From positions 19,809-83,808 of the forward strand of contig PRDJ01000036.1 in NCBI GenBank assembly GCA_003345555.1: DNA of 64,000 nucleotides, given 5' to 3'. The position numbers and the translations under genes were made by a program. The stretch is from Candidatus Thorarchaeota archaeon. Its GTDB lineage: Archaea; Asgardarchaeota; Thorarchaeia; Thorarchaeales; Thorarchaeaceae. This document shows, piece by piece, positions 9,861 through 20,800 of this stretch. The stretch's first letter is position 1, and each line of letters opens with the position of its first letter. The notes under the pieces are model-generated. The model ran no database searches and had not been told where the DNA came from. It saw nothing but the letters and a program-made list of their open reading frames with translations.

Positions 9861-11069
9861 TTGAACGTACGACGAGCAACAGCAGACGACATCGATGCGA
9901 TAACAGAGTTGTCTCGATATGCCTACGGAGAACCTGAAAGTGAGTCCGCGATATCGCGGAAAAGGGCAGAATTCGGATATGAGCGGTCCTATGTTGCTGA
10001 AGATGATGGTCGGATTACTGCTGCATTGCGGGTTTACCGCTTCGAGCAGAACATTCGAGGAACATGGAAGAGCATGGGGGGCATTGGGGACGTCGCCAGC
10101 GCTCCCGAGGTCCGACGGCAAGGGCAGATAAGAGACCTATTCACCCAAGTCATGGAATCGATGCGGAAGGAAGGTCTGGTCATTAGTACGCTATGGCCCT
10201 TCAAGAACTCTTTCTATGCCCAATTTGGTTATGCGACGTTGCCCCCCAACCGTCGACTTGAGGCTGACCCGTCTATGTTCTCCCAGTGGCCGTTACCTCG
10301 CGGCTATCGCTTGGAGAGATTGCCATTTTCCACAGGCATCAAGCAGTACAGCAAAGTGCATGCAGCAGCCGTCGAGTCAATTCACGGAGCCGTTCGCAGA
10401 GATGAGGCACGTTGGACGGAACTGGGGATTGGAAACAAGGATGAGATAGCCATTGTGTACGGCCCGACTGGCGAACCCGAAGCAGGAATGTGGTACAAAG
10501 CACAGGGCTATGGAGACCCACCCGATGCCAGTGAGAAGCCTGGTACAATGAGGGTCATCGAGTGCTATTGGCTTAACCCTAGGGCACGGGCAGCATTGTT
10601 CAACTACATCTACCTGCATTCTGACCAGACAGTAAGTGTCCGTATCCCCGTCAGTCCGTCTGATGAAGACTCCTATCTTTGGATCGACAGCTTCAACCGC
10701 AAGGCGGTGCTGATTAGGACAACGGGCACTGCCATGGCCAGAATCATCGATGTGGTCGATTTCATCCGGGGTTTGCCTGCCAGCCAAAAGGATCGCCTCG
10801 GAGTCAGAGTTAGAGACCGGCAGTGTACTTGGAACAATCAGACATTCCAGCTAGAGTGCGATGGTCGCCTGATGACCGTCTCACAGGCTGGTAATGCCGC
10901 AGCAAGGACTGAATTGACAATCGAAGGGTTGACTGCGCTCTGCTATGGCGCCCTGACGACGCGTGAGCTGAGGGAGTACGGATGGTTGAGTGCTCATTCC
11001 GAGGATGATTTGCGGCTACTGGATACTTGGTTCCCTACGAAATGCCCTTGGCTAAAAGAACCATTCTAG
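9861..11069 (+). CDS. GNAT N-acetyltransferase, Eis-like (GNAT plus SCP2-like C-terminal domain), 402 aa
   Basis: N-terminus 'RRATADDIDAITELSRYAYGE', then 'RGQGQIRDLF' (acetyl-CoA-binding Q/RxxGxG/A-like motif). Length and layout fit the ~400-aa Eis family. Confidence 0.55.
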   Translation: MNVRRATADDIDAITELSRYAYGEPESESAISRKRAEFGYERSYVAEDDGRITAALRVYRFEQNIRGTWKSMGGIGDVASAPEVRRQGQIRDLFTQVMESMRKEGLVISTLWPFKNSFYAQFGYATLPPNRRLEADPSMFSQWPLPRGYRLERLPFSTGIKQYSKVHAAAVESIHGAVRRDEARWTELGIGNKDEIAIVYGPTGEPEAGMWYKAQGYGDPPDASEKPGTMRVIECYWLNPRARAALFNYIYLHSDQTVSVRIPVSPSDEDSYLWIDSFNRKAVLIRTTGTAMARIIDVVDFIRGLPASQKDRLGVRVRDRQCTWNNQTFQLECDGRLMTVSQAGNAAARTELTIEGLTALCYGALTTRELREYGWLSAHSEDDLRLLDTWFPTKCPWLKEPF

Positions 11070-11125
11070 GTCCTATGTTATCGAGGCGAATCGCGTTCTG
11101 GACAGATGGCAATTCCTCAGGCGGT

Positions 11126-11809
11126 CTAAACAAAGCCTCTTGGAGGAGCTCCAGTGAGCCTCAGCTGAGGAGCCCTAGAATCGCCGACCTCCTCTCTCGA
11201 AGATACCTCTCTCTTCAGCTTCTCGTACTCACGCTCACACGTGGCTGATAGCTGGAACTTGCTCCATTTCAGCTTGATTTCCTTTGGCGTGATGCTCTTG
11301 ATGAACTCGTCCGGAACGAGGAAGTCGATATTCGGCCGCGTCCCTATTCTCTCAAGGGTTTCTTCGACGAAGCCGCCACCTAATACAAGCCAGATCTTAT
11401 TGGCTGTGTCAAACCAGATGTCGATCACGTTACCTATGTTTAGGCCATCCGAATCCAAGACCCGGAGCTTGGCAAGTTTGGTGAGCTTCATGTCCTCTGG
11501 TGTTATAGTCCCAGTGTCCAGTGTCGTCTGTAGTGAGTTACAGTTGGTCTTCAGATACACATGATCCGTGACTTTGTCGATACAGCCGAGTTGAAATACA
11601 GGGTCCTTGTCTCGAATGACGTGGACATCTTCCAACAACTCTTCCACGCGGCTGCCGCCGAGAACCACAGACTTCAATGCTATCTTGTTCTCAGTAAATC
11701 GGAATATGAAGTCGGTAACCCTACCGATCTTCTTGCCATCTGAACCGTATACAGACTTATGCTTTAGCTCGGAGAGCTTCAGATTGCAGCATTCGAACAC
11801 TGTTGACAC
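11126..11809 (-). CDS. Tandem PRC-barrel domain protein
   Basis: Two repeats of a 'GSDGKKIGRVTDFIF' / 'DSDGLNIGNVIDIWFD' PRC-barrel-like core. Confidence 0.5.
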   Translation of the reverse strand: MSTVFECCNLKLSELKHKSVYGSDGKKIGRVTDFIFRFTENKIALKSVVLGGSRVEELLEDVHVIRDKDPVFQLGCIDKVTDHVYLKTNCNSLQTTLDTGTITPEDMKLTKLAKLRVLDSDGLNIGNVIDIWFDTANKIWLVLGGGFVEETLERIGTRPNIDFLVPDEFIKSITPKEIKLKWSKFQLSATCEREYEKLKREVSSREEVGDSRAPQLRLTGAPPRGFV

Positions 11810-11921
11810 CTACTGTTAGCGTTGACCATTCAGTAACATGCGGGGCATTCAAAAGCTTTTGCCTTGAGCAGGCATTCGTGCAGGAGGTGTCCTTGCCAGA
11901 GATACTAGGGCGTATTGCCTT

Positions 11922-12890
11922 CTACTTAACAACGGTCCTTTTCAGAGTCTCATAGGAACCGTATCCGCCAGTTGTACCGTCCAGCTCAAACTGACCAAAA
12001 GACTGAACGAGTATTGATTTTGTGCCCTTTTCATCCAGAAAGGGGAGAGGTATCATCGACCCAGGCCTTGCCACAAGTCTGTGCTTCTTGCCTCTTGCAT
12101 CGATGAGTTCGAGTTCTGTTCCGGCTGGAAGAAGGGCATCCTTTCTTAGCTCGTGCTTCACTAGGCGTATCTCCCGAAGCGGGATATTCTTTCCATTCTG
12201 GAACAAGAAGCCTCCTGCGCCGAGACGACCGTCATCGGTCATGATTGCCGCGGGGTTCACTGCAAGCCTGTCGTTGAACCATATCACAAAATAGAACCAG
12301 TTGCCTACACCAGTCCAGTCACGTATCCCGTGCGTGTGGTCTCTTTGACCAATCACGTTCTTAAGATGTAGCTCAGCGTCTCCGAGTCTGATCAGACCGT
12401 TTACCTTGGCGATTTGCTCCCAGTGCTTGTCTCCGGACTTCTTGCCAAGCTCAAGAGCCTCAGCGGTCATATGTTCGCTATACTCATACTCTTGATGTAT
12501 AGGACGAAAGCCGACATCCATCTTGACCTCTAGCAGGTCAGATATCAGGTCAGGTTTCTCACGCGCCTCAGGAAGCTTCTCCGGGTCTTTGACTACGACC
12601 ATCGATCCGTCGAAGACGTATTTCCATGTTCCATCACCTACACTGATATGAGACATCTGCTCGACTCGAAGTCGTGATGGATAGTTCTCACAGCGGTCTG
12701 TTGCGTGATAGCCTGCCGCCGACCCGTCTGGAAGAAACAAGAAGAAGAAAGTCATACCTTCTGGCTTGTTCGGCTTGAATCCGACTCGACTCATTCCTCC
12801 GATTCTGTTGGCTTTATCATAGAAGACGAAATAGTAGCTTTCATTCCATTCGGGATTTTTGGAGGCAGGAGGATGGGTAATCGGTTCCAT
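11922..12890 (-). CDS. Hypothetical protein. Tentatively an AttH/CrtC-like beta-sandwich fold.
   Basis: 322-aa ORF beginning 'NPEWNESYYFVFYD'. Lies 6 nt downstream of the PEP-utilizing enzyme gene on the same strand, so an operon is likely. The family assignment is a guess. Confidence 0.35.
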   Translation of the reverse strand: MEPITHPPASKNPEWNESYYFVFYDKANRIGGMSRVGFKPNKPEGMTFFFLFLPDGSAAGYHATDRCENYPSRLRVEQMSHISVGDGTWKYVFDGSMVVVKDPEKLPEAREKPDLISDLLEVKMDVGFRPIHQEYEYSEHMTAEALELGKKSGDKHWEQIAKVNGLIRLGDAELHLKNVIGQRDHTHGIRDWTGVGNWFYFVIWFNDRLAVNPAAIMTDDGRLGAGGFLFQNGKNIPLREIRLVKHELRKDALLPAGTELELIDARGKKHRLVARPGSMIPLPFLDEKGTKSILVQSFGQFELDGTTGGYGSYETLKRTVVK

Positions 12891-12896
12891 CTTGTT

Positions 12897-15572
12897 TTAC
12901 CCCTGTTCGCGCAGCAATACTTGGCCCAAGCTTCCGTCTACTGTGACTATTTGACCGGTCTTCAGAGTGCGGCATGCATCCCTGACGTTCGTGACAGCGG
13001 GGATTCCGTATTCTCTTGACACGACAGCACCGTGAGAAAGTATGCCGCCTGTCTCCGTGATTAGTGCTCGTATCGAAGAGAATACCGGGGTCCAACCCGG
13101 ATCTGTTCGAGGAACGACGAGTATCTCCTCAGATTTGACTTTGGGTATTTCCTGAATTGAATAGAGAACCCGTACCGGTCCCGTGGCTTGACCTTGGCTT
13201 GCTGCGATTCCTTGTAGGACTGAACTAGGCTCCGGAAGTGCATCATCGTATTCCCGGTTGCCACACATGAACTTCGGCGGCACAACGTCTTCATTCTGGC
13301 TGAAGTCTCTGAATCTTTGTTCGGCCAGTCGTGAGAAGGTCTCTTTGGTCGTTGTGTCAGGGCTACTATATATCAGCTGCTTGATTTCCTTGCGATGTAA
13401 GAAGAATACGTGAAAGGGATCCTTCAGCGCGCCCTGTGCCACAAGCCGCCGTCCTATGGCAAGGTACACCCTCCGGTTGCGAGTTATCCAGCGGTCGAGG
13501 TTGAATCGTTGGTCTTCGCGAAACACAATGTAAGTTCTGGCAAAGGACAGTATAGCTGAGAACAGCATCCATTTTATGCCCCCGTTTCTCTGGCGACGCA
13601 TTCTCCGCTCCACTTCTTTTTCGACTCGTTGTCTTAGTCGAAGTGTTCTCGCTTCAGTGGCAGTCATGTCCCTGATTCCTTGCGTGACAAGTGATTTGAG
13701 AACGTCAAGAACGCGCTCAGGAGACTCATTCCAACGCGGGTAGTATGGTTCTCGCGTGAATCCTCGATCGCCGAAGTCGTCAAGGAACCTGTTGAATTCC
13801 TCAAGGAACTTCTTCGGCTCGCCTCCGCTCATTGGCCCAAGCGTGGCCATTATCTGTTCTGAAGGTCTCTCCGCTATGACCTTCTTGACAAGAGGCAGGG
13901 AAACTGCGAGTTCTGCAAGTTCACTGATTCGCCTGTTTGTTTCAGTTGTCTTGTGCTCGAGCCCTGATATCAACGGAGGGAAGCATTTCTTCCCAAACTC
14001 CTCACCGAGAAACCTGCGGAGGAGATAGCTTGATGCAAGATTCATTCCGATATTGTGTACAGGAATTCCGTAGCGAACAAGCCTGAAGTGACTCATCATT
14101 GTCTTGTCGAGTTCTTTCGCTAGTTCCATCAGCGACTCTGCGCCACCGTCCTTGTCAAGTGCTGCCATGCGTTGATCGAACGCCTTGCAGAACGCATCGA
14201 ACTCATCATGCGTCCATTTCTTGTACACATTGGCGGTCTTGGTCATGCTACCATTTCCATCGAGCAGAGTCACGCGTACCTCGGCCAGTATTCGATTTTT
14301 CAGCTTGAATGGAAGGGACTTCATTGTGAGTTTACCATACGGTCCGGCACCTTCGGGGAAGTAGTTGAGAACATCCTCGGACCGCAGGAAAGGAGGTATC
14401 TCATAAACGACCTTGTTTCTAAGCACATCGAGATTGAAGTAAACATGTGCCTTGAATAGCTTGAGCAGTCTTGGATCCATCTTTTTGTAGCCCATGATCT
14501 GATTCAGTTCTACATTGACGACGTAGGTTAGCTGGTCGCCGAGAAGGTCAAAGAACAGGGGGCTTACATTATCGTTCCAATAATCGTCCGAATAACCCCT
14601 TGACCAGACAATGTCCTCATGTGTTTCTTTCCTCGTCACCTTTTGCGCGGTAATCGGTCTGGTTTGAAGTACGTATAGCTCGTCTGACTTGTCAATTGCC
14701 CATTCTACATCTTGTGGCCTGTGAAACAGACTCTCGACCGAAGAACCAACTTCGGCCAAGTGAGCAGCTTCAGAATCTGTGATGGAAGCGTTTTGACTTA
14801 GTACTTGAGACCCGGCCGAGACTGCCTTTGCTCCCACCTCTTTCCCTACGATTCGATATTCTTTCTTTCCGTCAGTGGTCTGTTTGGCTATCAAGTATCT
14901 GTCCGGGTTGACTGCACCGGAGACAACCGACTCTCCAAGGCCGAAGCTCGATTCAATGACCATATCACACCCGGTGGATGGTGTCGGGTTCTTTGTAAAT
15001 AGGACTCCCGCACTTCGGGGTTCAATCATCGATTGCACAATGACAGCTATTCTTACCTTCTCGTGAGGAATGTTATTCCTATGCCGGTAGGCGATAGCCC
15101 TAGAAGACCATAGGGACGCAAAGCACTGTTTGATATGCTCGAGAACGCTGTTCACTCCTTGAACGTTAAGATAGGTGTCGTACTGACCTGCAAACGATGC
15201 TTCCGGTAGATCCTCTGCACTGGCCGATGATCGAACTGCGACATTTCCTCCGCCCATCTGCCTATAGGAAGCCTGTACCTCAGCGGCGAGGTCGCGAGAT
15301 AGAGCAGCCTTTTCAAAGCAACTTCTGATTTTCTCAGAACAGGCATCTATGGAGTCTGATCTCTTGTAGTCTATCTGGGCCAGCGATTCCGAGATGACCT
15401 GAGTGAGTGCTTGCTCCGACAGCAGCTGGTCGTATGCACTAGTTGTCACGACGAATCCTTCTGGAACTTTGAAGCCGGCTTTTGCTACTCGCGAGAGATT
15501 CGAGGCCTTGCTCCCTGAGAGGCCTGAACTCCTGCTATCAATTTCACTGATTCTAAGAGTGAATCGTCCCAC
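12897..15572 (-). CDS. PEP-utilizing enzyme of the PpsA / rifampicin-phosphotransferase-like architecture. N-terminal ATP-grasp (PPDK_N), central domain, C-terminal phosphohistidine swivel domain. 891 aa.
   Basis: N-terminus 'GSKASNLSRVAKAGFKVPEGFVVTT'. C-terminus 'ITETGGILSHGAVVSREYGIPAVTNV' is the phospho-His mobile domain. There is no C-terminal PEP-binding TIM barrel. Confidence 0.75.
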   Translation of the reverse strand: MGRFTLRISEIDSRSSGLSGSKASNLSRVAKAGFKVPEGFVVTTSAYDQLLSEQALTQVISESLAQIDYKRSDSIDACSEKIRSCFEKAALSRDLAAEVQASYRQMGGGNVAVRSSASAEDLPEASFAGQYDTYLNVQGVNSVLEHIKQCFASLWSSRAIAYRHRNNIPHEKVRIAVIVQSMIEPRSAGVLFTKNPTPSTGCDMVIESSFGLGESVVSGAVNPDRYLIAKQTTDGKKEYRIVGKEVGAKAVSAGSQVLSQNASITDSEAAHLAEVGSSVESLFHRPQDVEWAIDKSDELYVLQTRPITAQKVTRKETHEDIVWSRGYSDDYWNDNVSPLFFDLLGDQLTYVVNVELNQIMGYKKMDPRLLKLFKAHVYFNLDVLRNKVVYEIPPFLRSEDVLNYFPEGAGPYGKLTMKSLPFKLKNRILAEVRVTLLDGNGSMTKTANVYKKWTHDEFDAFCKAFDQRMAALDKDGGAESLMELAKELDKTMMSHFRLVRYGIPVHNIGMNLASSYLLRRFLGEEFGKKCFPPLISGLEHKTTETNRRISELAELAVSLPLVKKVIAERPSEQIMATLGPMSGGEPKKFLEEFNRFLDDFGDRGFTREPYYPRWNESPERVLDVLKSLVTQGIRDMTATEARTLRLRQRVEKEVERRMRRQRNGGIKWMLFSAILSFARTYIVFREDQRFNLDRWITRNRRVYLAIGRRLVAQGALKDPFHVFFLHRKEIKQLIYSSPDTTTKETFSRLAEQRFRDFSQNEDVVPPKFMCGNREYDDALPEPSSVLQGIAASQGQATGPVRVLYSIQEIPKVKSEEILVVPRTDPGWTPVFSSIRALITETGGILSHGAVVSREYGIPAVTNVRDACRTLKTGQIVTVDGSLGQVLLREQG

Positions 15573-15720
15573 TGGGCAATACTCTCCGATAGGTTTCTGT
15601 CACACGGCTGGGTGTAATATCGGTTGCGCCAGCCGCGTTCGGCAATGGACGACATGTACTACTGTTGATGGTCACTGCCGAAGTTGTTCCAATCCGTCAC
15701 AACTGACTAGGTCAGGACAG

Positions 15721-16515
15721 ATGGAGGTCGCTACCCGGTTTTTCCTTCAAGGGTGGCTTCCGTCTGTCGCTCGCCATCCAAAGGACTTTAGGCAGCGATT
15801 GCCCTTCTTCGTTCCGAGGAATCGCGGATTGAGAGTTACCCCTGACAAGATGAATGACCTTGATGGCAAGACATGTTTCATATGCGGCAAGTATCTCCTC
15901 AACAACACGGAAGATGACTTGGCCTATCTGGAAGTGCACACAGGATCTTCTGCAAAAGCCAAACCAGACAAGTACTTCCTGTTTACGTGCTCCAGCTGCG
16001 GAAAGACTGCTCACAAGCGCTGCTGGTACGACATAGGAGAGAAGCGATTCAAGGACGGACTATTCAGCAAGACACAATGGCGACTTGAATGTCCAAGTTG
16101 CCATCAGGTTCTCTCTCCTGCAAGACCCGGTCGAATAGACTGGAAACTGGGGTACCAGGTTCCGGGACATGGTGACGCAGAACTCATCGAATTGCAGATT
16201 GCGGACGTCCTTTCTTGGAAAGCGTCTCGAGTCACCGGAGTAATTGGGAAAGCCATTGATGGCCTCTTCAGATCAATCGGACTCGGCGCTCTGACCAATG
16301 CGCAGAGAAATGCGATTTCTCAAGCGGCCGACCGAATAGGCAAGTCATTTGGGTTTGTCACATCTGCTGTCTCACTTGACGCCACACCCAAACAGAGGAG
16401 ACAACTGAGGGAGCTCAAGTGCCAAAACTGTGGGGCACCCCTTCCGCTTCCAGGACTCGCGGAATCGGCGGTGGTATGCCCACATTGCGGCACAGCACAT
16501 TTACTCCCCACTTAA
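15721..16515 (+). CDS. Zinc-finger/zinc-ribbon protein. Start ambiguous, with an alternative ATG at 15850.
   Basis: 'KTCFICGKY...FTCSSCGKTAHKRC...CPSCHQ' and a C-terminal 'CQNCGAPLP...CPHCGTAH' ribbon. The 5' extension listed in the ORF track overlaps the divergent gene and was rejected. Confidence 0.4.
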   Translation: MEVATRFFLQGWLPSVARHPKDFRQRLPFFVPRNRGLRVTPDKMNDLDGKTCFICGKYLLNNTEDDLAYLEVHTGSSAKAKPDKYFLFTCSSCGKTAHKRCWYDIGEKRFKDGLFSKTQWRLECPSCHQVLSPARPGRIDWKLGYQVPGHGDAELIELQIADVLSWKASRVTGVIGKAIDGLFRSIGLGALTNAQRNAISQAADRIGKSFGFVTSAVSLDATPKQRRQLRELKCQNCGAPLPLPGLAESAVVCPHCGTAHLLPT

Positions 16516-16533
16516 ACCCATTAACTACCGGGC

Positions 16534-16908
16534 TTGTCGCAATATCATATAAATACGTTAACCCCCTTCTCATTGTTCAGAATTCGACCGGAGCTGAAAA
16601 GACTCATGCCTGTCCATCTTGAGTTCAACCAGTCCACAAGTCAGTTTGCCGAGACGACCAAGAACACGAGCAATGAATCGATTATCCTGACTATCGATGA
16701 CGCAAAGAAGAAACTCTCCATGAATGTTCCCTCAAACGTCGGTATGATCGTCAGGAGAGCGGCCGAGCGTCAGGCGCGCGGAATCACGAAGTCTGGTTTT
16801 TTGATTCGTACCGGGGGTCGAGTAGGAGTTGGGTTCGAGCTTGAAGTCGAAGGAGAAGGCGGGAAACTACCTGACAGACTAACCTCGAGCCCGAGGGAAG
16901 TGTACTGA
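16534..16908 (+). CDS. Hypothetical small protein. The likely start is the internal ATG at 16606.
   Basis: ORF only. No motif recognised. Confidence 0.25.
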   Translation: MSQYHINTLTPFSLFRIRPELKRLMPVHLEFNQSTSQFAETTKNTSNESIILTIDDAKKKLSMNVPSNVGMIVRRAAERQARGITKSGFLIRTGGRVGVGFELEVEGEGGKLPDRLTSSPREVY

Positions 16909-17090
16909 GCCGCGTGCTCTGTACAATTCCCATCATTCACGCCTGCTCGAGCTTCACGGGTCAGACACTGCTGGCCCGACAAGTACTGTCTTTTTAATAG
17001 TGCAAACGCCGTCTGTATTCGGGCCCGAGTGCCCATCCGTGATGGATATTAACATGTTATCGCAGCACACGGACCCTGCAGGGTGCAGAG

Positions 17091-17759
17091 ATGTTTGACC
17101 TCATACAGGAACGCGATATCTCGAGGGTATACGGCTCTAGGACTCTCGTATACATGATAGTTCACGGTGAGACACTTCCAGAGAACCCCGAGACATTGTC
17201 GCAAAGAGGCCACGACCAAATCATCGAATTGGCGAGGTCTAGAGTGGCGTCCGGCGTTCAGACGTTGTATACCTCGCCTCTCAAGGAGGCTGGCGCGACG
17301 GCAGCAATACTAGCCAAGGAATTCCAAGTCAAAGCAGAGACCAAAGATTGTCTGTCTGAAGTGACACTCGGCAAGAGCAGGTCGTCATCAAAACAACTGA
17401 TGGATCGTCTGCCAGCAATGTGGAACGACACCAATCATGCTCCTCCTGGCGGTGAGTCTTTCAATACGGCCAAGCGCAGGTTTGGCGACTGCATGAACGG
17501 CATCGCCGAAAAGAGCACAGGAGGATCTATCGCCGTGGTCAGCCATCCGATTGTAGGCGCACTGTTCCTGTCCCTTGTAAGAGGCGGGCCGCCTCAGCTT
17601 GAGGACTGGCTGTACTTGGGATACGCGTCATGTGCGGCATATGAGTACGCCAATCGTGGCTGGAGTTTGGTGATGCCGCCTGATGACAGCTACCTTACAG
17701 AACCAGTAAGCGTCAAGGATAGACTGCCGAAGGACATTCTTCGGGCGCTTGGCGTTTGA
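17091..17759 (+). CDS. Histidine phosphatase superfamily (phosphoglycerate-mutase-like) protein
   Basis: 'LVYMIVHGETL' corresponds to the RHGE motif with Arg replaced by Val. C-terminal 'IAVVSHPIVGALFL' matches the second His motif. Confidence 0.5.
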   Translation: MFDLIQERDISRVYGSRTLVYMIVHGETLPENPETLSQRGHDQIIELARSRVASGVQTLYTSPLKEAGATAAILAKEFQVKAETKDCLSEVTLGKSRSSSKQLMDRLPAMWNDTNHAPPGGESFNTAKRRFGDCMNGIAEKSTGGSIAVVSHPIVGALFLSLVRGGPPQLEDWLYLGYASCAAYEYANRGWSLVMPPDDSYLTEPVSVKDRLPKDILRALGV

Positions 17760-17786
17760 TTCGCATCTTGAATTGAAAAGAAGTTC

Positions 17787-17821
17787 CCTTGCCATGGCAC
17801 AATACCCGCGTCATGGCAAGG
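17787..17821. terminator. Perfect 10-bp inverted repeat (CCTTGCCATG...CATGGCAAGG, 15-nt loop) between convergent genes. A candidate bidirectional terminator or structured element.
   Basis: Read directly from the sequence. It lies in the 109-nt gap between the 3' ends of 17091-17759(+) and 17869-21465(-). A second 5-bp hairpin follows at about 17844-17860. Confidence 0.3.
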
Positions 17822-17868
17822 TCTTGACTCATGCATGTTGAGGGGCACCGGAAAATGCCGGTCGTTGA

Positions 17869-20800
17869 CTACCGCTTTCTAAGCAGGACTACAACAATCA
17901 CGATGGCCGCAATTGCACCAGCAACGACGACATAGAAGACGAATTCATTGAGGGTCGTTGGTAAAGTCGTAGATGTCGTGGTTGTTTCACTGACAGTGGT
18001 TGTTGCGGTTGTCGTTGTTGATCCTACTGGGTGAGCAGTCGTGTATGATATGAACACAGGGTCGCATCGCACTTCGTATCCGCCCCAGTTCTTGTAACCA
18101 GCTGTCATGAAGAGCATGGAAGCTTCAACCTTCCAGTTGGTCACTGTATCTCCAGCTGCAGATTCGTACATCGCACTGAAGGCACCGACTGGAGCAGTAG
18201 ACGAAGCCGATGTATAGGTGGTTACGTAACCATCGCCGCCCCATTTGTATGGTAGACCGCCCATTGTGACATTGGCAAATGGGTTATTTGCAGCTCTGAA
18301 CTCGTAGTAAGAGGCATTGATGCTTGCTCCATTGGTATCAGTGATTTGCTTCTCTCCAGCGCTGTACTGACTCCTTGTGGCAGTCCCAAGAACGCCGAAG
18401 AAGTTGACCGCAAGACTGCGGCCTACGACGACGCTATTGTCGAAGTCATAGAGTGTCCAGTTGCCTATGACCTGGTCGATCTTGAAGACGACAGCATGGT
18501 TCCACTTCAGGTGGTCGCTTGGGTTATAGTTCACCATGTCGACGTGGAATGAGACATTGAAAGACATCTCATTGACATACGCAGGCGTTATCCAGTAATC
18601 AAAGTTGGTTGAGTTGAGTCCGACCACGCCTTCATAGGATTGCCTGATTTGCCAAGCACCCCTTACTCCGTTGGAGTTCTCCACCCTGAGTGGATAGATT
18701 GTGACATTCACGTCGCGTATAGTGATGCCAAACTCGACAACAGTTGAGGGCAGAACAATGGCAGACCCGTTATTACTTGTGGCACCTAGAGGTCTTCTCA
18801 ATTCGACTTCGCCCACAGAGTCAATCAGAACGAAGTGCGTAACCTCGTCGGTCACTACTTGCCCATCAACAATTCGGAAGTCGGGCGCTCCCACGGTGCC
18901 ATTACTAGGCAGGTCTCGGAACAGCAGCAGCCCTGCATACTCAGCTCTGAATGCAGCCCACTGCTTGACAGCCGCTGACGTTGAAACCTGGAATGCCTGT
19001 GCCGTTCCCCACGCGAACCATGTATTGGACCATGAGCCGGATTTCAAAGCAGGAATCCCGCTTAGGTCAACTGAACGGTTGACGCTCATCCAAGCGACCC
19101 ACTCGTAACCCGGCGCAGAGACTTCTCCCTGAACAGCCCACATCGTTTCTCGGATTTTGTTCATCTCATCTAGGCCGACGCCCGTCCCGTTGGCATGCTG
19201 CCAAATGAAGGCTTCACTCGCCTCGAAGTTAATCATCATCTTGACAACTCCCATCCAGGTGTAGGAAACGAATTCGTCACCCAGATTCCCAGGCGAGGGG
19301 TCAAAGACAAGTCCAACTTCCATGCCTTCTCTGGTTATGTTGCCCCAGTCCTTCCATGTCCCTGTTCTCAGGACGAAGTACTGGTCTTCTGTAGTGAATA
19401 GATTACCGTCAAGATCTATTGCTCCGTTCTCAGTCACGGCCCAAGTCTGCTGCTCGTAGGCAAACGCATTACCGATAAGAAGGCGTCTTGGGCTCCAAAC
19501 AACATTGTCCGAGTATGTTTCTCTTAGGCTTTCATTCCCTATGGGCACCAAGACGTAGGTGTTCATGTTGTGAACAGAAGCATTCATCGAGTAGGTCTCG
19601 AATATGCCAGAAGTAATGAGAGCCCCGGTGATCATGATTGGAGGTGCTTCGCCTGTGAACATCGCTGTAAACCATAGGTTGGAGATGCCTTCACCAACTG
19701 ATAGATGCCAGACGGATGTTGCCAACATCGTATATGAAGTCAAATTGCCTTCAGCAATGTAGGCGCCCGTGTCTCGGTGGCTCATATGCCAGAAGACAGC
19801 GGACACACCTAAGATAGTACCATGCATGAAATCAATTACTATGTAATGCACTATGCTGTACCTGACTACGTGAGTCTCGTTGCTTTCGATGCCACCGCCC
19901 TCCAAGACGACGGTAACATTCTGTCGCAACCTGTTGATGAGGATGCCATCGATGTCAATGTAGGTTGTACCATTGGGAGTATCAACAGGTACGTTGGTTT
20001 TGTTTACTGGCAGGTAGTACGAGCCATTCACTTTTCCAGGTGGAGAATGGATGTCAAGAGTAACGTTGAGCATCTGGCCGGGCATTGCCCTGTTCACTAT
20101 CCTTCCTGTCAGGTCCCGGACGTATGCCTCAATGAAAGCCGACCTAAAGGCAAGCCTTACTGTGTTCTTAGATGTAATCTCCTGACGGGGATCAAGAATA
20201 CGACCCTTGAAGTCACGAACTCGCCAGAAGCTGGGGTCGGGTGAAATCGTCCCACTGACGTCGTATTCATCCATGTTCATGTCGACGGCAGTTTCAAAGT
20301 GACCTCGCCACGTGAGTTCGGAACCACCAAGGCTTTCGCCTGCGTATAGAGTGTGGTAGAACAGAGACATGTCAATTGTGCTGTTCAGTTTGATGTCGAA
20401 CTTCACAGAGTACACAGCAAAGTCCGACAACCATTCCCAAGTAATGTCGTACAGGTAGCCAGAAAGCGCGTATGTTCCAGTGGCATTGTGGCTAAAGAAC
20501 AGCATCAAGGGCATCCCGGTAACATTAACCCAGTCTGCGGGATCCGTCGAGTATCTGTACAAATCTCTCGGCATGCTCCAGTTGTAGTTGAGCATGTATT
20601 CCTTAGCGACAGAAAGACTGCAGAAGGGAATCGTAACATTGCCAAACGGAACACTCGATATCATCCTGAGAGTGAAGTTGGTTCCATAGTCAACATAGTG
20701 AATGATGCTGCCGTAGTCGTTGACTGCTTCGGCGTAATAATACCTTGGAACTGCGAACTCGCTAACCGGAACCTCTCTTCCCAAACAGAGAGGAGGACTC

